Notes under the pieces: generated by a model
The model's database searches: none
Seen by the model: the letters and a program-made list of their open reading frames with translations, nothing else
Told to the model about the DNA's origin: nothing
Translations under genes and position numbers: made by a program
Part shown: positions 58,110-64,000 of the stretch, piece after piece
Layout: each line of letters begins with the position of its first letter
Numbering within the stretch: position 1 is the stretch's first letter
Virus record (IMG/VR): IMGVR_UViG_3300024503_000485
Coordinates: 62,001-126,000 of that record
Strand: one strand, 5' to 3'
Length of the DNA stretch: 64,000 nt

Positions 58110-59000
58110 TTATCTACGACCACGGAAAAGGCTTTGCTTGTTATCGGCGCTTTCGCCGGAACCTTTTTTCTCAGCACCATGACCTGGTTCTTTTGATTTG
58201 AAACCAGTTTTACCAGCGTTACCGCCTGGTACATTCACGTTGCCTTTAGCATCTGGATTGTCGCTTACCTTACCTTTTTCAAGACCATTGCCTTTTAATG
58301 CGCCTTGGTTAGCGTAAGTAGCTGCATCTTCTTTAGAAGAAAGGATGTTAGCAGTTGTACCGCCCATATCATTCTTCATGTTGTCGATTGTAGACTTTGT
58401 GTTGTCAGATTTTTCAGCAGCACCTTTCTTTTCAGCACCGTGACCTGCTGGAACTTTTTCTACATATTCACGAACGGTTTCTAAATCAAAACCTTCTTCT
58501 TCAGGCATATCGTCACTGCCTTCTTCGTCACCAAACTCGCCTTGGGCTTCTTCTTCGCCTTTTAGCTGCGCAAATTTAGCTTGTAGTTCGTCAACAATAG
58601 ACTCTAAATCTTGCATAATTTCTTCTTCAGATTGCTCGCCGCCTTCTTCGTCACCCATTTCTAGGTCACCTTCTAGGTCGTCTGTTGGATCACCGCCCAT
58701 TTCAGGCTCGTCGCCACCTTCAAAAGCAACATCTTCGAAGTTTTCATCTAGATCATCTTCGTCGCTATCTTCTTCGGAAGCTTCGTCAACTTTGTCTTCT
58801 TCTGCATCATCATCTTGTGCAGCTTCGTCCATGTCTTCGTCTTCTTTATCTTCTTCTTCTGCGATTTCAGATTCAATTAAATTTTCGTAGATTTCGCGTG
58901 ATGCTTGTACTACGTATTCGTGGAAAAGCTCATCAGCTTTTGCTTGATCGTCGTTAACCAAATGCTCTAGCATTTGGCTTAATAAATTCTTATCTGCCAT
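58110..59000 (-). CDS. Highly acidic prohead core protein (gp67/gp68 position)
   Basis: D/E-rich disordered; position between portal and protease; TAAATA at 59044-59039 and AAGGAG SD. Confidence 0.65.
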   Translation of the reverse strand: MADKNLLSQMLEHLVNDDQAKADELFHEYVVQASREIYENLIESEIAEEEDKEDEDMDEAAQDDDAEEDKVDEASEEDSDEDDLDENFEDVAFEGGDEPEMGGDPTDDLEGDLEMGDEEGGEQSEEEIMQDLESIVDELQAKFAQLKGEEEAQGEFGDEEGSDDMPEEEGFDLETVREYVEKVPAGHGAEKKGAAEKSDNTKSTIDNMKNDMGGTTANILSSKEDAATYANQGALKGNGLEKGKVSDNPDAKGNVNVPGGNAGKTGFKSKEPGHGAEKKGSGESADNKQSLFRGRR

Positions 59001-59066
59001 GTTAAATTCTCCTTCAAGGTATGGTTAGGCTGTGTTTTTATTTACTGCGTAGATTAAAAAAAGGGG

Positions 59067-59765
59067 TTAAATGACGTTTTTTTGATTCGTTTGGTCAGAA
59101 TATATAGTTCCGGGGAACTTTTTTTCAAATTCTTCAAAACTTATATGTTTTAAATTTGGTAATGTAGGGCCAAGTTTTTCTGGAATAAATGATCCCGATT
59201 CTACTACTCTGTAAAACTGATTACCTCTCCAATCTCTAATCGTTTTTTCTGTTTGACTTAGCCAATTACCGTGGTAAGTGGGCGGTTCAAAACTCTTTTT
59301 ATAGTTATATGTATCGGCATAAACATTGTTAAATTTACCTTCTATGCCTTCATAATCAAATCCAAAAATATATATGTCTTTGTGGCCGCAATCGCAAGCA
59401 AAATAAAGAGCTGTTGGACCGCTACTCCATCCCCTATGCGGATGGAAAAAGTTAACTCCGGACTTAGTATTAACTCCTTTGTTTGGATTTGTCCATACAG
59501 AATGTGTTCTGTGATACCCGCTGGCTATAATTTCGTTGACCATTTTTACGTCAACTGCAATTAAAAAATCGGGTTCAAATTCTCTGTAAAGTGCGTTACA
59601 ACCAAATGTAGTGCCGTATTCTGGCAGGGCAGCATGATTTAATCTTAGTCTGCTACGCCCATTACCAAGTACGAAAGCTGGTTCATTCCGCGGGTTGCTG
59701 TGCTTCAACTGGAGTACCGTACATCTGTTGTATAAACGAACGCTCTGATTGTTCTTCCATTTCAT
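59067..59765 (-). CDS. Maf/DUF115-like (sialyltransferase-fold) putative glycosyltransferase
   Basis: AFVLGNGRSR, TFGCNALYR..PDFLIAVD, SSGPTAL..A...G.KDIYIFGFD; true start uncertain (possibly TTG 59708). Confidence 0.6.
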   Translation of the reverse strand: MKWKNNQSVRLYNRCTVLQLKHSNPRNEPAFVLGNGRSRLRLNHAALPEYGTTFGCNALYREFEPDFLIAVDVKMVNEIIASGYHRTHSVWTNPNKGVNTKSGVNFFHPHRGWSSGPTALYFACDCGHKDIYIFGFDYEGIEGKFNNVYADTYNYKKSFEPPTYHGNWLSQTEKTIRDWRGNQFYRVVESGSFIPEKLGPTLPNLKHISFEEFEKKFPGTIYSDQTNQKNVI

Positions 59766-59931
59766 GAGCTTCGCTTTGTTGGCGCAGTTGGTTGATTTGT
59801 CGTAAAGTTAATCGAATTTTACGAGTATCTGATTTTTTTAAGACAGAACTATCTCTGGAAGCGTCATATCTTTGATCGTTTCCAAAGTCGTTTGTATTGT
59901 CGTTAAAATAGAAAAATTCACGTAGAAGCAT
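59683..59931 (-). CDS. Small hypothetical head-module protein
   Basis: MLLREF start; DTRK.RLTLRQINQLR; TAAATA 5 nt before ATG. Confidence 0.7.
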   Translation of the reverse strand: MLLREFFYFNDNTNDFGNDQRYDASRDSSVLKKSDTRKIRLTLRQINQLRQQSEAHEMEEQSERSFIQQMYGTPVEAQQPAE

Positions 59932-59948
59932 AATAATATTTACCTAAG

Positions 59949-61646
59949 TTAGGCTGCTGGAGCAGCTTCAGGTTCAGCCCCTGGTTCAGCTGCTTGTGCT
60001 GCTAAATCGTCGGGTGCTTCTGCGTCTTGTCCACCCGCTTCTGCCGCCATACCTCCCGGTGTTACGCCAGCCGATCTTAAGTCTCCAGCAGCATCATCCG
60101 TAGGTGTTAGGTTAGAACCATTTTCTTCGCGCCATAATGATTCATTTTCTTTAATTTCTTCTTCAGTTAATCCTAAGAAGCGTTTTAGTGCAAAACGTTT
60201 GCTTAGATGAGGAATTTGTGAAACTTGTGAATATGTTGCTGCTCTTGCTGTGTCAAGTTCTGATTGACGATAAGCAGCAAAGTTTTGTGGAGTATTAAAT
60301 TTTAATTCAAATAAACTATTGTCAATGTTTACGCCCTGCGCAGCCATCCAAAGTTTAAATTCAACATCAAATGTTTGCGCTATCATTGATTGTAAACGTT
60401 TGCAATATTCATTAAATCGTAATTCTTGAATATATGCCGTTCCAACTTTTCCGTCGGCAATAGTATTACTTGCTTCTTCAATACCTGTTGGCAAGTATGC
60501 TGCTGGTATTCTTAAAGCACGGAAAAGTTTGTTTGTAAAGAATCGTAAATCTGTAATTTCACCTAGATTAGTACCACCCGGTAGTGTTTCAACTTTAGAA
60601 CCACGACCTTCAGCAGTTTGTGGGAAGAAGTAATCTTCGTTTACACTTAGTGGATTATAACTAGCGTCAACTAAATTATTGCCACCACCGCTGGCGCTAG
60701 GAATACGTCTTTGTTGGATTTCGTTTTTAACACGTTCAACAAAGCTCATAGCCATGTGTGCTGGCATATTTCCAACGTCTACATAGAAAATACGTCTTTC
60801 TGGAGCACGTTGTATACGATAGATAATAATAGCATCTTCAAGCAATTCTTTTTGCTTGTAGACTTTGAATACAGATTCTAAAATTGAATTGCCAAAAGGA
60901 TAATTGTTGTCTAATCCTTCGCTTAAACTAATATGCACAACATTTTTTGCATCAACCGTTATTTCGTTTACTTGATTGTGAAATCTAGTGCCAGGAGGTC
61001 TTGCTGCATCCCCAACAAATCCTCTACCAAATCCACCGCCCGATACGGTATAACTACCAGTACCACTAGGTTGTGTATTTGATGTAGCATGAGGAGTTGT
61101 TGCAATTAGATTTGCAAAGTTAAAATTAATATCTTTTAAAACATATTGCTCGGGAATTTTTCCTTCGCTTTCGTTAACGATAATTTTTGTAACCTTAGCA
61201 GGATCAACATACAACCATTTTTTAGTTTCTGGATCTCTAACAAAGAAACAATCTCCGTATTTGAAAGAATTTCGAACTATACGAAAAATTCTTGTGTCAA
61301 ATTGATTTTGTTTTGCCCACTTCTGTAGGCTTTCTTTAATTAACTTAACTTCGGTTCCGGTTGGTTTGCCTTTAAATGATAGTTGAAACGCTGTTCCATT
61401 TTCTCTATCTTTTTGTGTACAAAATTCAGCTAAGATATCTAGAGCTGCGTTAACTTCGCTGTCCATATCCATAGTGTCATATTGCATATATCGTTCGACA
61501 CGATTTGGATTACCTGCATATACGTCAGGCAAGAATGATGAATAATTAGTTCTTGCAGGTCCTGGTCGCCCTCTACTGCCAATAGGACTCATTGTTCCTT
61601 GTTGGTTATCGATGTTGACAGGAGTAAAATATTTTTTCCAACTCAT
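59949..61646 (-). CDS. gp20: Portal protein (gp20-like)
   Basis: EDAIIIYRIQRAPERRIFYVDVGNMP, EDYFFP..EGRGS.VETLPGG.NLGEI.D, ELRF motifs. Confidence 0.96.
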   Translation of the reverse strand: MSWKKYFTPVNIDNQQGTMSPIGSRGRPGPARTNYSSFLPDVYAGNPNRVERYMQYDTMDMDSEVNAALDILAEFCTQKDRENGTAFQLSFKGKPTGTEVKLIKESLQKWAKQNQFDTRIFRIVRNSFKYGDCFFVRDPETKKWLYVDPAKVTKIIVNESEGKIPEQYVLKDINFNFANLIATTPHATSNTQPSGTGSYTVSGGGFGRGFVGDAARPPGTRFHNQVNEITVDAKNVVHISLSEGLDNNYPFGNSILESVFKVYKQKELLEDAIIIYRIQRAPERRIFYVDVGNMPAHMAMSFVERVKNEIQQRRIPSASGGGNNLVDASYNPLSVNEDYFFPQTAEGRGSKVETLPGGTNLGEITDLRFFTNKLFRALRIPAAYLPTGIEEASNTIADGKVGTAYIQELRFNEYCKRLQSMIAQTFDVEFKLWMAAQGVNIDNSLFELKFNTPQNFAAYRQSELDTARAATYSQVSQIPHLSKRFALKRFLGLTEEEIKENESLWREENGSNLTPTDDAAGDLRSAGVTPGGMAAEAGGQDAEAPDDLAAQAAEPGAEPEAAPAA

Positions 61647-61660
61647 TTAATTAATGATCC

Positions 61661-64000
61661 TTAAGCAGAATATACATTGCCCGTCATAGACTTTTGTGTA
61701 GTAAGCTGCTTGTCGTTAACTTCTAATAATTTTCGATTTATCATAACTAATAGATCCATCTTAGTATTTAATAGCGATAACTGCGATTCAGCTGTTTCTT
61801 GAGTTGCCTTAGCGGGTGTAGGTGTTGTTGCACCAGTTCTTGGTTGAGCAGTTGCTGCCGCTGGTGCTGGCGCTGCTGGTTGTTGTGATACACTAGTTTG
61901 AGCTGTTGAGGTCGATGGAGTTACGCTGCCACCTTTGGCAAATTGTCCAGAATAAGAATTTACTTTTCCTAAAATTTCTTCTCCAATTGCGCCTTTTCGT
62001 CTTATGTCTCCACCGGCAATTTGGCTTGTTGCTAACAAGTTTGCTTGTTCTTGAGATAATCCAGAAGTGCCCATACCAAGTTTGCTAGCCATTCCGGCTT
62101 GACCTTTTTTCATATACCAAGCACTAACTTCCGCAGCAACCTGTGGATCGTTAACTAAATCTGGATTTTTAACTAATCTATCATCACCGTAGATGGCTTT
62201 TGATGCAGCGGCATAATTATTTTTACCAGTTAACTGAATAAAACCTCTGCCTCTATATTTCCATCCATCTCCGGGTTCCGTATTCCCCATTTGACGACCC
62301 ATTGCTGTGCCGGAACCATACATCATTTCGCCCATTTTTTGCTGGTCGCCTTTGATAGCATTTAGTTCTGCATCGGATTTTCCAGCAGCCCTACTACCAA
62401 ATATTTTTCTAATACGATCGTTAGATGTATTAGCATAATTCATATTTTCAGAAATACTCTTACCGCCAGTTTCTTTCATTATGTTGCCTTTGACAGCAGC
62501 AACATAAGCAGGATCAGTAATTCCTTGTTTTTTAAGAGCTGCTTCAACTAGAGCCATGTTTTTCTGTTGATCTTGATTTAACGGTCCAGCAGCTCCTGGG
62601 GCCGGTCCTCCTGTTGGTGCAGCGGGTGCAGTAGCAGGTGTGGCAGGTGAAGGAGCTCCTCCTCCCATAGTTTTTCTTTCTTTAAAGGCTTTAAATGTTT
62701 CTTCAGGACTTGTGTAATTAATTTTCTTCTGTGCTTCTACTTGAGCTTCTGTTGTTTTAGTTGCCTCTTGAGCCGCAGCGGTAGCAGCTTGTGTTGTTTT
62801 AGTATGTTCTTGAGTAGCTTTCTTATCTTCCTCGTAAGTTCCACGTTCTATTGCTTTTTGTTTTCTCTTATCGTCTCTATCTTTTTCTTTAGCGTCAAGT
62901 TCTTTACGTTGGTCATCCCTTAAGGCTCTACGTCTATCAGCTTCTGCTTTACTAATACCACCAATTGCATTTGGTATTTTCTCTAATAAAGAATCCATCC
63001 AATCTTGCAAAGTCATCCATAAACGTTGGAAATTATCTTTTAAAGCATCAATAATTGTTCCAAATGTCCAACCACTATCATATAATTTCTTAAAGAGATA
63101 AACAACACCTGCAACCGCTGCCGCTACTGCAATAAATGGCGCTGCGGCCGCTAGTACAGGAGCTACGGTTGCCCATACTGCTGATGCCAGTGCTGTTAAA
63201 CCTAAAACATTAACTGCTTGAACTAAATTTGCAGCAGCAGTAATGGCGCTTGAAACTACTATAAGTCCACCTAGTATTCCCATTCCTATAGCTACTTCTT
63301 TTGCATGGTCTGCCACCCAAGTCAATCCTTCAATTAATATAGGAGTTAGTTCTTCTATGGCCGCTGTAAATGACTGCAACATTTTATCTAACAACGGACT
63401 ATTAGCCAATGCTGCCATAAATTTATTTGAAAGGTCAGCTAACTTTTCCATGTTACTTTTCATTTTAGCAGGATCAAGACCTTTGGCGCCTTCTGTTAAT
63501 TGTTTTTGTCTGTCTAATTCTTGTTGTGCCGCTTGTGCTCTTAGACTTCCGTTATCTTTTTCTGCCCTGTTGGCTCGATCTAAATTAGAAACAATACCCT
63601 TGCCCCATTTTTCAGCATCATACGTGGCCAACGTTACTTGAGCAGCATTTTTTTGACTAGCAATAGCACCAGCATTGAATGCTTCGTCAATCTTAAATGC
63701 TCCTTCTCTAGTCATTGTTCCTGATTGTCTAATATCACGAGAAGCCTGTAGCAATGCTTTTGCGGCCTGCGGATTTGTAATCATTAATTGCTGAGCTGCT
63801 TCGCTGTTTAATGATCCTGTGGCTAAAATAGTTTGTGCTGCTTGTTTTTCAGATTCACTCATGCTATCCATTAGCATGTTTAAATTTTTAGCACCTTCTT
63901 TTCCAACTTTAGCCTGTAATATTCTAAACTGCGCATCGGCTTGTCTTGCTTCTTGTTCTCTTTGAAGTATTTCTTTATTCTTACCAGTAAGTTTTGAAAC
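61661..64000 (-). CDS. Tape-measure-like protein with GH19 (chitinase/lysozyme-like) domain; 5' end outside window
   Basis: Frame open to 64000; helical region, hydrophobic TM-like segments, then KETGG...GDGWKYRGRGFIQLTGKNNY...NPDLV GH19 motifs. Confidence 0.8.
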   Translation of the reverse strand, partial: VSKLTGKNKEILQREQEARQADAQFRILQAKVGKEGAKNLNMLMDSMSESEKQAAQTILATGSLNSEAAQQLMITNPQAAKALLQASRDIRQSGTMTREGAFKIDEAFNAGAIASQKNAAQVTLATYDAEKWGKGIVSNLDRANRAEKDNGSLRAQAAQQELDRQKQLTEGAKGLDPAKMKSNMEKLADLSNKFMAALANSPLLDKMLQSFTAAIEELTPILIEGLTWVADHAKEVAIGMGILGGLIVVSSAITAAANLVQAVNVLGLTALASAVWATVAPVLAAAAPFIAVAAAVAGVVYLFKKLYDSGWTFGTIIDALKDNFQRLWMTLQDWMDSLLEKIPNAIGGISKAEADRRRALRDDQRKELDAKEKDRDDKRKQKAIERGTYEEDKKATQEHTKTTQAATAAAQEATKTTEAQVEAQKKINYTSPEETFKAFKERKTMGGGAPSPATPATAPAAPTGGPAPGAAGPLNQDQQKNMALVEAALKKQGITDPAYVAAVKGNIMKETGGKSISENMNYANTSNDRIRKIFGSRAAGKSDAELNAIKGDQQKMGEMMYGSGTAMGRQMGNTEPGDGWKYRGRGFIQLTGKNNYAAASKAIYGDDRLVKNPDLVNDPQVAAEVSAWYMKKGQAGMASKLGMGTSGLSQEQANLLATSQIAGGDIRRKGAIGEEILGKVNSYSGQFAKGGSVTPSTSTAQTSVSQQPAAPAPAAATAQPRTGATTPTPAKATQETAESQLSLLNTKMDLLVMINRKLLEVNDKQLTTQKSMTGNVYSA

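Noticed and set aside
109-63641. Many short ORFs in the track nested antisense or out of frame within long genes (e.g. 109-318, 5648-6115, 8157-8519, 52903-53370, 63243-63641)
   Set aside because: They are shadows of well-supported genes, with no RBS/promoter and no recognisable motifs.
1-64000. Stop-codon reassignment (alternative genetic code)
   Set aside because: Core genes are full length and densely packed under the standard code.
1-64000. tRNA, rRNA or CRISPR arrays
   Set aside because: Intergenic gaps are short (mostly under 140 nt) and none shows a cloverleaf or repeat-spacer periodicity by eye.

Overview
This window is 64 kb of a large T4-like (myovirus) bacteriophage genome, almost entirely coding on the minus strand. 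It covers the virion morphogenesis region. In transcription order (right to left) it contains: a tape-measure-like protein with a GH19 lysozyme domain (cut by the window edge); the head module (portal gp20, a Maf/DUF115-like glycosyltransferase, prohead core, protease gp21, scaffold gp22, major capsid gp23); a ~36 kb tail-fibre/appendage region with 1832, 3071 and 2153 aa proteins; a plus-strand island (gp14, gp15, Nudix-like); gp13, dNMP kinase, sheath gp18, tube gp19, gp4 nuclease, TerS, TerL; three small secreted proteins; and the start of gp32 SSB. Four signals stand out. (1) A cassette of three paralogous ~10%-cysteine glycine-rich-domain adhesin-like proteins, a chaperone-like gene, a GT9-like glycosyltransferase lacking the canonical catalytic Asp, and a CmcH/NodU carbamoyltransferase, which is a candidate virion/adhesin modification system. 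(2) About 12 genes carry a late-promoter motif TAA(A/G)TA 4-7 nt (mostly exactly 5 nt) before ATG with no Shine-Dalgarno, implying leaderless late mRNAs. (3) Promoters repeatedly sit inside hairpins, and two structured 5' leaders are present. (4) A GTCAACG-N15-GCGTTA ECF-sigma-like motif precedes small secreted proteins. No tRNA, rRNA, CRISPR array, integrase or reverse transcriptase was seen. All assignments come from motif recognition and synteny by eye; no database searches were run.
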